The notes under the pieces were generated by a model that worked only from the letters and a program-made list of their open reading frames with translations, searched no databases and was not told the DNA's origin. Shown piece after piece: positions 10,809-20,299 of a stretch of DNA of 64,000 bases (position 1 is its first letter; each line of letters begins with the position of its first letter). The DNA is from an uncultured Rickettsiales bacterium. GTDB lineage: Bacteria; Myxococcota_A; UBA796; UBA9615; CAYRNR01. The stretch is taken from contig CAZITQ010000015.1 of NCBI GenBank assembly GCA_964542165.1, positions 3,047 through 67,046 on the forward strand, read 5' to 3'. A program made the position numbers and the translations under genes.

Positions 10809-12059
10809 ATGCGGCGACGACAGCTGATCCCCCTCCTCCTCGGACTCGCGCTGGTCGCCTGCGGACCCGACGAGGAGGACGTACCCGAGGACGCTCCGCC
10901 ACCGCTGGCGGAGGAACCCGGGCTGACAACGCACCCGATCGAGGTCTTCCACGAGGTGCAGGCCGGCGAGTTCTTCGGCACCATCGCCCAGGAGTACGGG
11001 ATCCCCTACAGCGACCAGCAGGCCCTGATCGCGGCGGCGGAGCCCCACCAGGATCTGGCGGCGATCCGCGCCGGGAGGGTGCTCCAGTTCCGCTTCGATC
11101 CGGACACGGACGCCCTGACGGACCTGGCCTACCCCCTCGGAGAGGACTCCTGGGTCGCCCTGCACCGGGAGAGCCCCACCGGGGCGTTCGTGGCGTCGGT
11201 GGAAGAGGTACCCTACGAGATCACGACCGTGGTCCTCACCGGCGAGGTCACCTCGTCGTTCTGGCTGACCTGCGAGAAACTCGGACTACGGGGTAGCGAC
11301 ATCATCGGCCTGGCGGCCATCTTCGAGTACGACATCGATTTTGCGACCGAGGTCCGCGCCGGGGATCAGGTCGCCCTGTGGATCGAGCACCTGGCGCTCG
11401 ACGGCGACTTCAAGAAGCACGGCCAGGTGCTCGCCGCCCGCTACATCAACGGGGGCCAGGCCCACGAGGCCATCTACTTCGAACCCTCCGAGGGGAACGC
11501 CGGCTATTACACCGAAGAGGGGATGTCGACCCGCAAGATGTTCCTGCGTTCGCCCCTGGAGTTCAGCCGGGTGGCCAGCGGCTTCTCGCGCAACCGCTAC
11601 CATCCGGTGCTCCACAAGAATCGACCCCACTGGGGCACCGACTTCTCCGCCCCCAGCGGGACGCCCATCCGAGCCCTGGGAGACGGACGGGTGACCTTCG
11701 CCGGGACCAAGGGTGGCTACGGCAACCTGGTGATCATCCAGCACGACGGCAGCTACTCGACCCGCTATGGGCACCTCAGCAAGTACGGCAAGGGGATCAA
11801 GTCCGGGGTCAACGTGAAGCAGGGTCAGATCATCGGTCACGTGGGCGCCACCGGCCTGGCCACGGGGCCCCACCTGCATTTCGAGTTCCGCATCGACGGC
11901 AAGCCGGTGGACTTCATGAAGCAGGACTTCCCCAACACCGAGCCGGTCTCCAAGGCCGACATGCCCCGTTTCGAGGGTTTGCGGGACGAGCGCCTGGCCC
12001 AGATCGACACGGTGCTGCCCGCGCCGGCTCCGGCGGAGGTGCCGTCGGAGGGGGAATAG
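10809..12059 (+). CDS. M23-family murein endopeptidase lipoprotein (MepM/NlpD-like, OapA-like N-domain)
   Basis: Lipobox LGLALVACG. OapA/LysM-like segment VQAGEFFGTIAQEYGIPYSD. M23 zinc-ligand motifs HWGTDF (HxxxD) and TGPHLHFE (HxH). Confidence 0.85.
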   Translation: MRRRQLIPLLLGLALVACGPDEEDVPEDAPPPLAEEPGLTTHPIEVFHEVQAGEFFGTIAQEYGIPYSDQQALIAAAEPHQDLAAIRAGRVLQFRFDPDTDALTDLAYPLGEDSWVALHRESPTGAFVASVEEVPYEITTVVLTGEVTSSFWLTCEKLGLRGSDIIGLAAIFEYDIDFATEVRAGDQVALWIEHLALDGDFKKHGQVLAARYINGGQAHEAIYFEPSEGNAGYYTEEGMSTRKMFLRSPLEFSRVASGFSRNRYHPVLHKNRPHWGTDFSAPSGTPIRALGDGRVTFAGTKGGYGNLVIIQHDGSYSTRYGHLSKYGKGIKSGVNVKQGQIIGHVGATGLATGPHLHFEFRIDGKPVDFMKQDFPNTEPVSKADMPRFEGLRDERLAQIDTVLPAPAPAEVPSEGE

Positions 12060-12126
12060 GAACCCGGGCTCGCGGGTCTGCACGCATGGCTGAGCGCCCA
12101 GAGATCATGGTATCGTCCGCCGCGTC

Positions 12127-13359
12127 ATGAACGACCCCGAAGAGATCGAACGTATCCCTCGCTCCCGTATGCCCTGGCTGCTGCTGGCCGGAGGCGTCCT
12201 CGTGATCGTGCTCGTCTGGGTGGCCCCGGGCGTGTTCAAGCAGAACCCCGAGGAAACGACCGAGCACATCATCGCCACCTTCCCGGATTGCAATGGCACC
12301 GAGATCCGGAAAATCGCGGCGAAACACAACCTTCAGCTCGTATTCGACCCGTGCGGCAGCAACAACTTCCTGCACTTCCAGTGGTCGCCATCTGGTTTCG
12401 AGCTGTACTACCACACCAACCAGGGCCCCTGGCTGTACAACGCGGAGACCGAGGAGCACCGCGCCTTGCCCGTGGGCTTCCCCATGGGCAACGCCGTGTG
12501 GTTCAACGACGACCTGATCGCCTTCCCCGAGAAGGGCGTCAAGAGCTACAACGTGGACGTCTACGACATCCGCAAGAACATCATCAACATCACGGGCCTC
12601 CAGCAGATCGCCCCCAACACCCTGGCCCGGGGAAGCGGGGTCGACGAGGTCCTGTTCCTGGCGGCCGAGCGCGAGAAGAAGGACAACGTCCCCGACGACG
12701 CGCCCCCCGAGAAGATCTATCGGCTGGCTGCCAATACCGGTCACGTGGAGGTGGCCTTCCCCTGGCTCACCGATCCGGTGGAGGACTACACCTATCAACC
12801 GGACGAAGACCTGCTGGCCTACAGGACACCGGGCTACGACGGGGTGATCGTGGCGGTCGGCGCCACCGGGGAGGAGCGGCGACGTTTCGAGGGCAAAGTC
12901 CGGGCTTCCCTCAGCTCGGACGGGCGCTTCTGGGCCATCGAGGGACCGGGGGAGCCGATACCCGTCTTCAACCAGCGCACCGAGGAGGACCTCCAAGCCG
13001 ACGCCCCGGAAGAACCCCTCGACATCCCCGACTACATGGAGAAGGAGGTCCAGCCTCCCACTCTGTGGTTCCTGGACACTCGGACGAACCAGACCGCGCA
13101 ACTGCCGGACGTCTTCGGCAGCCGGTTCCAGTGGTACCAGCCCGCGCTCTACTGGGGCAGCTTCGAGATGTGGGGGATGGAGAACAAGGAATTCAACCGC
13201 GACATCGTGCTGACCAAGCTGACCCCGCAGCTCAGGGAAGCCGGATTCGACATCGCCGCCGAGGACCTGGTCCCGGACGAGGACGCAGCCGACGCCGAAC
13301 CCGAGCGCACCACCACCATCCCCACGCCCCCCCCGGCGGTCGAACCCGCGTCCGAGTGA
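12127..13359 (+). CDS. Hypothetical membrane-anchored periplasmic protein (possibly beta-propeller-like)
   Basis: Protein-like composition with strong G/C third-position bias in this frame only. N-terminal anchor PWLLLAGGVLVIVLVWVAPGVF. No catalytic motif recognised. Acidic C-terminal tail. Confidence 0.6.
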   Translation: MNDPEEIERIPRSRMPWLLLAGGVLVIVLVWVAPGVFKQNPEETTEHIIATFPDCNGTEIRKIAAKHNLQLVFDPCGSNNFLHFQWSPSGFELYYHTNQGPWLYNAETEEHRALPVGFPMGNAVWFNDDLIAFPEKGVKSYNVDVYDIRKNIINITGLQQIAPNTLARGSGVDEVLFLAAEREKKDNVPDDAPPEKIYRLAANTGHVEVAFPWLTDPVEDYTYQPDEDLLAYRTPGYDGVIVAVGATGEERRRFEGKVRASLSSDGRFWAIEGPGEPIPVFNQRTEEDLQADAPEEPLDIPDYMEKEVQPPTLWFLDTRTNQTAQLPDVFGSRFQWYQPALYWGSFEMWGMENKEFNRDIVLTKLTPQLREAGFDIAAEDLVPDEDAADAEPERTTTIPTPPPAVEPASE

Positions 13360-13416
13360 CCCCTACCGGGCGGCACCACCGCGCGCCGGGTTGTTCCCCT
13401 CCTCCTGTGGTCCCGG

Positions 13417-14145
13417 TCAGTGTCCCAGAGCGCCAGCCAGGGCTGCGCGGGCCTTCTTGTCGCCCTTGATCTTGGCGGGCCAGGTGTCGCCGGCGCGGGT
13501 GAGTTCCTCGGTCTTGCCGAAGGGGTCGTGGCAGATCAGGGTGGGGCCGAGGACAGGGGGCTCGCCCCCCTCCTGCACCGCCGGCCAGAGGCAGCGGCTC
13601 TCGCTGTGGGGATCCCAGACCTCGAGCGCGAGGCCGAAGGAGAGAATGCGCAGGTCGTACCGCCCGCCCAGGGCGGAGCGGTACCCGTCCACCGCCCGCA
13701 GGTAGGGCATCAGCGGCTCGGCCTCCAGCCAGCGCTCCTCGGCCAGGCGGCGGCCGGCCTCGGTCAGGCTCGACTCGCCGTCCGGGACCAGCAGCTGGAT
13801 CGCACCCACGCCATCTTCGGGGCTCCAGATCACCTTCACGGTGGCGGACCGACTGCGGACGTGTGGGGCCAGGTCGGTGGCGAGGGCCTGAACGAAGGGT
13901 TTGTGGGAGAAGAAGCCCTTGTACAGCGGGCTGAGGTTCTCCATCTGCAGATCGACCACCAGCGGCGTCTCACGAACCGGGTCGGACTCCGGGGGGGTCG
14001 CGTCCGGGGGGTCTTCCGCGGCGGAAGGGGTCGTCTCCGCGGATCCGATGGCGACGTCCCCCGGAGAGCAGGCGGAGACGCCGAGCGTGGCGAGACACCC
14101 CAGCAGCGGGGCGGCCCATCGCAGGCAGACCGGCGCGCCGTTCAC
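13417..14145 (-). CDS. Hypothetical lipoprotein
   Basis: Frame of track ORF 13417-14211. The GTG start (complement of 14143-14145) overlaps the upstream stop as GTGA and gives VNGAPVCLRWAAPLLGCLATLGVSAC with a lipobox. No known domain recognised. ATG 14211 is the alternative start. Confidence 0.55.
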   Translation of the reverse strand: MNGAPVCLRWAAPLLGCLATLGVSACSPGDVAIGSAETTPSAAEDPPDATPPESDPVRETPLVVDLQMENLSPLYKGFFSHKPFVQALATDLAPHVRSRSATVKVIWSPEDGVGAIQLLVPDGESSLTEAGRRLAEERWLEAEPLMPYLRAVDGYRSALGGRYDLRILSFGLALEVWDPHSESRCLWPAVQEGGEPPVLGPTLICHDPFGKTEELTRAGDTWPAKIKGDKKARAALAGALGH

Positions 14146-14669
14146 TCGGCGCTTTCGAGGCCCTTCTTGCGCTTGAGTTCCTCGATGGCCTTGCGGTACT
14201 CGAAGTCCCACTCGGGGGTCCCCATCCGGACGTTCTTGATCTTGGTCCGCGCTTCCTTGTCCAACTCCGCCTCGTCGATCAGATGACGGCGGTAGATCTG
14301 CATCATCTTCCGCCGCATCAGGAAGTCCTCGGAGAAGACCTCCTCGACGTGGTTGCTGATCATGAAACCCTCGAGGATCTGATTGATGATCCAGCGAATC
14401 CCGTCGTCGCCGGTCGGATGGCCACGCTCGTCGGCCAGCTTGGACTTGATCTTGCCGAACTGGTCGTAGGTGATCTGGCTCGCGTGCATCACGTCGCGAA
14501 CCTCCTGCACGAGCTTGGACTCCTGCCGGAGATATTCGTCCATGATCGCCTGGAGATCCTTGGACGCCTCGGCCATGTTGGCCGGCACGACCTCGATGTC
14601 ACTCTCCCTCACCAGCGTGCCGATGAGGTCGTCAGCCAGCCGAGGTATCTGCGAACGAAATAGCCTCAC
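14142..14669 (-). CDS. DUF507-like conserved hypothetical protein
   Basis: 175-aa helical, charged protein (MRLFRSQIPRLADDLIGTLV ... GTPEWDFEYRKAIEELKRKKGL). As far as I can recall it resembles the DUF507 family. No signal peptide. Confidence 0.6.
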   Translation of the reverse strand: MRLFRSQIPRLADDLIGTLVRESDIEVVPANMAEASKDLQAIMDEYLRQESKLVQEVRDVMHASQITYDQFGKIKSKLADERGHPTGDDGIRWIINQILEGFMISNHVEEVFSEDFLMRRKMMQIYRRHLIDEAELDKEARTKIKNVRMGTPEWDFEYRKAIEELKRKKGLESAE

Positions 14670-14714
14670 GTCTGCTCCGTTCCCGCCCTGCGGTCCCTCG
14701 ACCGCGCTGGCGGA

Positions 14715-15566
14715 CTAGAACTTCCACTCCAGCCCGCCACCGAGCTTCAGGTCGTTGATCTTGTATCCCAGGTGGTGCGCCTCGTGACCATCCGTCGAGT
14801 ATCGCAGGTGGCCGTCGGGCTCTCCGCCGGGCACGTCCAGGTGGAAATACCCCACCTCGATGTTGATCCGGAAACGCCGCTCCAGGTTGAAGTGGAACCC
14901 GCCGAAGAGATCGAATGCCGGCCCGAACTGCATGGCCCACGGATCGTATTCGGACTCGGGGTCGGCCCCCTGGTAGGCCTCGTTGTTGATCAGGACGGAC
15001 ATCTCCTTGGGGATGTCCGTATGGGTCCGCGTCCACGACAGCACCACACCGACGCCGAAGTACGGCTGGACCCAGCGGAAGAACCGGTACGCGGGGGAGT
15101 GGGTGGGCACGGTGACCTCGTACTTGAAGTCGATGGCCAGGCCGTACGAGAACACGTGGGCCGGCACCCGCGCCTGCTGAAGCGAGGACGAATCGGTCTT
15201 GTCCTCGAGCCACTCCATGTCCACGCCGGCGATCTCCCCGCTGGCCTTGACGCTTCCGTCCGTGGCCGAGTGGTAGACCACGTTGAAGCCCAGGCGGAAC
15301 CCCAGGCCGTACTTGATCATCACGTCGAAGTGCGGCAGCACGACCGCCGCGCCGATCTTCATCGCCGCCGCGTCGTCGCCGTAGGTGTCGAAGGCGGCGA
15401 AACCGTTGAGCCCGATGCGGAAGTGCTGCTCCTTCTCCGGTGCGCTGATCTCGACGACCTGCTCCGGAGGCGCCTCCTCGGGCGCTTCCTCGGTCTGTCC
15501 CAAGACCTCTGCGGGCCAACACAGCGCGACCCCGATCATCACCGCGAACCACCAAGACCTGCCCAT
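14715..15566 (-). CDS. Outer-membrane beta-barrel protein
   Basis: Internal ATG (complement of 15564-15566) is preceded by GGGAGGA. Signal peptide MGRSWWFAVMIGVALCWPAEVLGQ. Alternating hydrophobic beta-strand pattern, Gly/aromatic rich, C-terminal ...GGGLEWKF with terminal Phe. The upstream 74 codons of track ORF 14715-15788 look non-coding. Confidence 0.7.
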   Translation of the reverse strand: MGRSWWFAVMIGVALCWPAEVLGQTEEAPEEAPPEQVVEISAPEKEQHFRIGLNGFAAFDTYGDDAAAMKIGAAVVLPHFDVMIKYGLGFRLGFNVVYHSATDGSVKASGEIAGVDMEWLEDKTDSSSLQQARVPAHVFSYGLAIDFKYEVTVPTHSPAYRFFRWVQPYFGVGVVLSWTRTHTDIPKEMSVLINNEAYQGADPESEYDPWAMQFGPAFDLFGGFHFNLERRFRINIEVGYFHLDVPGGEPDGHLRYSTDGHEAHHLGYKINDLKLGGGLEWKF

Positions 15567-15720
15567 CTCGTCCTCCCAACCGCGCCCAAGCGGGCGACCG
15601 TCTTGTAGCAAGCATGCCGGGCGGGTGTCCACACCCGTACGCGCCCGCGAGACTTTCCGTAGTGTCTCGCGAGCGGCCTTTGGGCGCCAGGGTGTGTCGG
15701 GATTTGGTGGTGGAAGCGGG

Positions 15721-16221
15721 TCAGAACGAGGTGCCGACGATCTGCACCTCGCGGAAGCAGTCCAGCTCCCCATCGGGGGTCCCGCCACCGGCCCCGTCGC
15801 GGTAGTCCACGTCCATCAGGACATACCCGTCCATGCTCCCCTTGGTGGAGTCCTCGAGATCGGCTCCCAGCGCGCCATAGCTGGTCACCGTGACCACGCC
15901 GCCGCCGTCCACCACACAATCGCCGCCCATGTAGTAGCTCTCGTTCACGTCCACGGTGCCGCCGAGGTCACAGGCGACGAAGTGGAATTGCAGGTCACCG
16001 CCGTCTTGCTCGATCTCCAGCATGCCCGCTGCGCCGTTGGCCGTGAGCCAGGTGAGGAACGACTCGGGGGGGAGATCGGGGTCCTGGGAGAGACAATCCC
16101 CGTCGAGGAGGGTCACGGCGAGCGGGTAGGTCCCCGCAACCTGGGGGAGTTCGTCCTCCGGGGGTGGGCAGCCCGCCATACAGAGGGCCGCAGCGGCGAA
16201 TCCGGAGGCGATTCGCCTCAA
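15721..16221 (-). CDS. Small hypothetical lipoprotein
   Basis: Only the C-terminal ~166 codons of track ORF 15721-17169 look protein-like. The TTG start (complement of 16219-16221) overlaps the stop of the upstream gene as TTGA and gives (M)RRIASGFAAAALCMAGC with a lipobox. The non-ATG start is tentative. Confidence 0.5.
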   Translation of the reverse strand: MRRIASGFAAAALCMAGCPPPEDELPQVAGTYPLAVTLLDGDCLSQDPDLPPESFLTWLTANGAAGMLEIEQDGGDLQFHFVACDLGGTVDVNESYYMGGDCVVDGGGVVTVTSYGALGADLEDSTKGSMDGYVLMDVDYRDGAGGGTPDGELDCFREVQIVGTSF

Positions 16222-19200
16222 AGCAACGTCTCCAACACCCGCTCCGCGTGCTCGATGGGTAGCGGGACGGGTTCCGAGCCCCCCTCCGGAAGGGACTCGA
16301 AGCGGGTCCCGAAGGTCAGGAAGTTCTCGTCGATCTTGTCGCGCAAGAAGAGCTGGAGCACACGATCGAAGTCGACCCCTCCCCCGCTCGCCGGCGTGAT
16401 CGGGTAACGGTGCAGGTCGAACAGCTTGTCCCTGAAGAGCCGCCCGATCCAGACCTCGGCGGAGGCACCGCCGCCCAGGAACACGATGTAGTAGTCGGCC
16501 AGCATCTGCTCCAGATCGGGTCGGGCCAGGGGATCCGACGCCTCCGGTGCGGGCCGCACCGGTTCGGGCCGTCGCGGCGCGGGTTCCGGAGGCGCGCTGG
16601 GCGGAGTCATCAGCGTTCTGACCTGCTCGGCGAAGGCGTCGTCGAGCACGCCGAGCAGACTCCGGGGGCCCGAGGGCGGGGCAGGCAGGGGATCGGATTG
16701 CGACGCGGGAACCCGGGGAGACTCCTCGCCCCAGACCTGCCCGTCCGCCGCGGGCCAGGAGAGCCCCTCGCTCTCCTCGGAGACCGGCGAGACGAGGGAC
16801 TCCTCCGACTCGTCCGCCTGCACACCACCGAATGGCGGGGGCGTCGCCGGGGGAGGCGGTTGCTGGATCTCCTCCAGGCGCGGCGGGGGCGAGCCCGCCG
16901 AGGGATCGGTATGGTCCTCCGGTGGTTTCGCATCGGGATCGCCGCTGACTCCGTCCGAGGCGAAGGGCACGAACAGCGCCTCGTCCCCCGCCGGGCCGCC
17001 GCTGTCCTCCCCGCTCTCCTCCTCCTCTTCCATGCCTTCGAACTTGTTGAGGAAGTCCGTCAGGTAGGCCTGCAGCTCGTCGTCGTCGAGATCCTCCTCG
17101 GATTCGTCCCCCGCCTGGCCGTCGGCGGTGCTGGCCCCGAGGGGACCGTCCCCCCCGCCGAGGGCCCACTGCTCCAGCGAGGAATCCAGCCCGCCGCTCT
17201 CCTCCACGTCGGACCCCACCGACTCGTGCTCCAGGGACACGGGCTCGTCATTGTCGAGTGCCTGGAGGACCGAAGGCGCGGCGTCCGGCGGCTGCTCCAC
17301 CCCGGGGTCCGGGATGTCCGGCGCCGACCCGGCCGCCGACTCCGGTACCGACTCCGGCATGGACTCGGGCCGGGTCTTGGTACGGCCGTGAGACCTCTCG
17401 TACATGAAGTCGGGGAGCTCTGCTGCCAGATGCTCGTCGGGCTGAGCGGCGGCGGGGGGTGTGGGTACCTCCCACGAACCGGTGACGGGATCGGCGCCCG
17501 CGGGGTTGGTGGCCGCGGCACGCTCGTCCCGGCGAAGGAAGTCCAGGTAGTCGTCCTCGCGGAACACCTTGACCTCGAAGACGACCGACTCCGAGCGCTC
17601 GATGCCCTTGAGCTTGGGGACGCTGGTCAGCCGCCGCACCGCGAACACACCGTCCGTCTCCGGGTCCAGGAACAGCAGCTCGAAGCGGTAGTAGGCCGGC
17701 AGCGCCGACCTCCCGCCGATCTCCAGGGTCATGTCGGTCCCGCGCAGCCAGTGGGGCAGCCGTTCCCGGCGGACCATCTCCCGCAGCTCGCTGAAGGTCG
17801 CGCGGTCGATGCAGATGCCTGTGTTGTTGAGGACCTCCTCGCGGACGGTGACCTCGAACATGCCGAGGGGATCCGTCTCCTCCACGCGAGCCTCGTCGCC
17901 CCGGGCCGACAGGAACGTCTCCCCCCCGCGCTTGCCCGAGTTGAGCCGGCTGGCGCGGTTGATGGTGGGACCGATGGCTCGCAGACGAACCGTGGCTTCC
18001 CCGGTCTCGGCCCGGTCGGGGACGTTGACCAGGGTGTAGTCGCCGGTGGCGATCCCGACCCGAAAGCCCTCCTGGGCGAAGGGATTGGCCACCGGGCGGG
18101 AGAATGGCCGGAACTGGATCCGCCGGTTCTCGGCGTAGCTCTCGCTGAACCGGGCCACGTAGCGCAGCGCGCTGAGGGCGTCCGGGAGGATGTCCAGGAT
18201 GGCGTCGCCCTCGAACCCCTCCGGCTTGCCACCGAAGTCGCCCAGCTCCTGACGGACGCGGAAGAGGCGCTCGAGGGCCAGCGCCGCCAGCTCCCCGCGC
18301 TCGTGCAGCTCCACGTCACCGGCCACGGACGCCTTGGACGTGCTGAAGAACAGCTCGCGGGTCTTGGCCGTGAACCCGATCAGGTCCACGAACACGGCGG
18401 TTCCGCTGCGGTTGCGCCGGAACAGCTCGTAGTAGCTCCCGAGATCCACGGGGACCGACGACTTGCGCAGCTCGTCCGGCCCGTGGAAGTACCCCCCACG
18501 CCGCTCCTCCACGTCGATCTGAAGGCCATGGAGGGCGTCGAACACGTCCAGTGCCCGCAGGTCCCGCGCCAGCGTCAGGAGCCGGGGCTCCCCCCGCCGG
18601 AGCTCATCCGGCGCGTCCAGCTCGGACAGGAAGGCCTTCGAGTAGCGCCCCAGCTGCCCGGTCAAGGCGCGCCGCGTGTTGATCTGCTCCAGGTGAGAGA
18701 GCAGGTACCGGAGGACCTCGTCGCGGAACACCAGCGACCAGCCGAGCTTGTGGCTCAGCACCGCAGCAGCGTCGCTCTCGTCCACCTTGCCGTGATCCGG
18801 CAGGCCCTCCAGCGGGATGGTCCGGGCGTGCTCCACGGCGTCGGCGCCGAAGAACTGGGAGACGAAGAAGCTCTCGGTGCCCGAGAGTGCGCGCTCCCCG
18901 CGGTGGGCGTACAGGTCCTCGATCACGGCCCGCAGGGCGGAGATCACCTGCTCGACCACCTTGGGCGACAGGCCGTAGTCCTTGACCGCCAGCAGGGCCC
19001 GGGGCTGGAACTCGGCAAGGAAGCCGGGAGGTAGCGCAAGCGCCAGCCGGTTGGTGGCCATGGCCGAGTGCAGGGCGTTGGGTCGGGCGTCACCGACCAT
19101 GTGCGAGATGGTTCGGTTGGCCAGCTCGTTGCGCGAGACCAGAGCCTGCACCAGGCCCCGCCGACGCTGGATCACGTCCAGCTCCAGGTCCGTCGCGCTG

Positions 19201-19691
19201 CCCACCCCGTCCGCGATCGTGCTCAGCCACGAATCCCGGACGCCGGGGGAGATCTCACCCATCCACGCGCGCAGGTGCTCGGTGGGATTGAGGACGAGCG
19301 CAACGATCTTCGACAGGTGGATCCACAGCACGCTGTCCAGGCGGAACACGGTCCCGTGGGCGCGGGTCTGGGCCAGCAGCTCGGCGAGGGTCGCGAAGTA
19401 GGGCTCCTTCTGCAGGTCCTCCACGTCGGTGGAGACGGCCGCGTCGAGGCCGCCGATGCCCCGCAGCCGCTCCAGCTCGTCGGCCATGTATTCGACCATC
19501 CGCTCGATCAGGGGCGGGCTGGGCACCACGGGGTAGGCGTGTTGGTTCGGGCGCGCGACCTTGCGGTAGCCCACGACCTGGAGGGGGGGAATGGCCGCCC
19601 GCACACCGGGGAGTGTCCGATCCAGATCCCGCTCGTCGCGCACGAATCGGCAGCGAGCCAGGATCTTCGCCAGGGTGTCGGTGTCACTCAT
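16218..19691 (-). CDS. Large cytoplasmic protein with class-III adenylate/guanylate cyclase homology domain and a long acidic/proline-rich disordered region
   Basis: Cyclase-homology motifs GTAVFVDLIGFTAKT, EGFEGDAILD and GPTINRASRLNS in the middle of the protein. About 420-aa orphan N-terminal region. About 330 aa of low-complexity D/E/P/S sequence. Compact ~100-aa C-terminal domain. Confidence 0.8.
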   Translation of the reverse strand: MSDTDTLAKILARCRFVRDERDLDRTLPGVRAAIPPLQVVGYRKVARPNQHAYPVVPSPPLIERMVEYMADELERLRGIGGLDAAVSTDVEDLQKEPYFATLAELLAQTRAHGTVFRLDSVLWIHLSKIVALVLNPTEHLRAWMGEISPGVRDSWLSTIADGVGSATDLELDVIQRRRGLVQALVSRNELANRTISHMVGDARPNALHSAMATNRLALALPPGFLAEFQPRALLAVKDYGLSPKVVEQVISALRAVIEDLYAHRGERALSGTESFFVSQFFGADAVEHARTIPLEGLPDHGKVDESDAAAVLSHKLGWSLVFRDEVLRYLLSHLEQINTRRALTGQLGRYSKAFLSELDAPDELRRGEPRLLTLARDLRALDVFDALHGLQIDVEERRGGYFHGPDELRKSSVPVDLGSYYELFRRNRSGTAVFVDLIGFTAKTRELFFSTSKASVAGDVELHERGELAALALERLFRVRQELGDFGGKPEGFEGDAILDILPDALSALRYVARFSESYAENRRIQFRPFSRPVANPFAQEGFRVGIATGDYTLVNVPDRAETGEATVRLRAIGPTINRASRLNSGKRGGETFLSARGDEARVEETDPLGMFEVTVREEVLNNTGICIDRATFSELREMVRRERLPHWLRGTDMTLEIGGRSALPAYYRFELLFLDPETDGVFAVRRLTSVPKLKGIERSESVVFEVKVFREDDYLDFLRRDERAAATNPAGADPVTGSWEVPTPPAAAQPDEHLAAELPDFMYERSHGRTKTRPESMPESVPESAAGSAPDIPDPGVEQPPDAAPSVLQALDNDEPVSLEHESVGSDVEESGGLDSSLEQWALGGGDGPLGASTADGQAGDESEEDLDDDELQAYLTDFLNKFEGMEEEEESGEDSGGPAGDEALFVPFASDGVSGDPDAKPPEDHTDPSAGSPPPRLEEIQQPPPPATPPPFGGVQADESEESLVSPVSEESEGLSWPAADGQVWGEESPRVPASQSDPLPAPPSGPRSLLGVLDDAFAEQVRTLMTPPSAPPEPAPRRPEPVRPAPEASDPLARPDLEQMLADYYIVFLGGGASAEVWIGRLFRDKLFDLHRYPITPASGGGVDFDRVLQLFLRDKIDENFLTFGTRFESLPEGGSEPVPLPIEHAERVLETLL

Positions 19692-19777
19692 GGTGCTCGT
19701 CCAAGCTCGGGATTATCCCACACGCGGGTCGGACGCGCAGCCCGTCCTCGGCGCGGGCGCTGCCAGATTTCAGCCGC

Positions 19778-20299
19778 TCAGGGGTAGAGCCAGCTGGAGA
19801 GCAGGGCGCGGGTCTCTGGATCCGCCGACGGCGGCACGTGGATCCACAGAAACGCGCGCTCGCGCGGGCGGACGAACACGATCGGATACGGCACCGTGCG
19901 CGGCCCCCGGTCGTCCCTGACGAACACCACGGGGTACGCCACGACCAGGGGATCGCCGTCGTGAGCGTCATACTCCAGCGTCCCGGCGGCGGAGGCCAGA
20001 CACGCCCCCAGCTCGTCGAATCCCTCGCCCACCTCGAGCTGCACGTCCACCGGCAGCCCGTCGCGGCCCACGGTGAACCGCAGGGTCACCTCACCCGGAT
20101 CCCGGGCGCCCGTGTGCTCGAGGAAACAGGCCTGAAACGCACCGTTGGCGGCGTGGAGGACGTCCCGGACCTCCCCGACCATGAGATAGCGATCGGTGAG
20201 CGTTCCCGATTCCTCCAGGACGCTCGCTCCCTGCGCCGAAGCCACCCCGGCCGCCGTGAGGACGACGAACGCGAGGGCCAGCTGGACGGACCTGCGCAT
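19778..20299 (-). CDS. Secreted protein with AgmX/PglI-type (TonB-C-like) two-Cys domain
   Basis: Signal peptide MRRSVQLALAFVVLTAAGVASAQG. Pattern ...FQACFLEH...GEVTLRFTVGRDGLPVDVQL...ELGACL...VAYPVVF resembles the small domain common in myxobacterial AgmX/PglI-like proteins. The start overlaps the upstream stop as ATGA (20297-20301). Confidence 0.6.
   Translation of the reverse strand: MRRSVQLALAFVVLTAAGVASAQGASVLEESGTLTDRYLMVGEVRDVLHAANGAFQACFLEHTGARDPGEVTLRFTVGRDGLPVDVQLEVGEGFDELGACLASAAGTLEYDAHDGDPLVVAYPVVFVRDDRGPRTVPYPIVFVRPRERAFLWIHVPPSADPETRALLSSWLYP

Noticed and set aside
16410-19034. 874-aa plus-strand ORF; also 15721-17169 (482 aa, minus) upstream portion
   Set aside because: The plus ORF is antisense to the cyclase-homology gene. 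For 15721-17169, only the last ~166 codons (the lipoprotein) look like protein. The rest overlaps the real gene in another frame.
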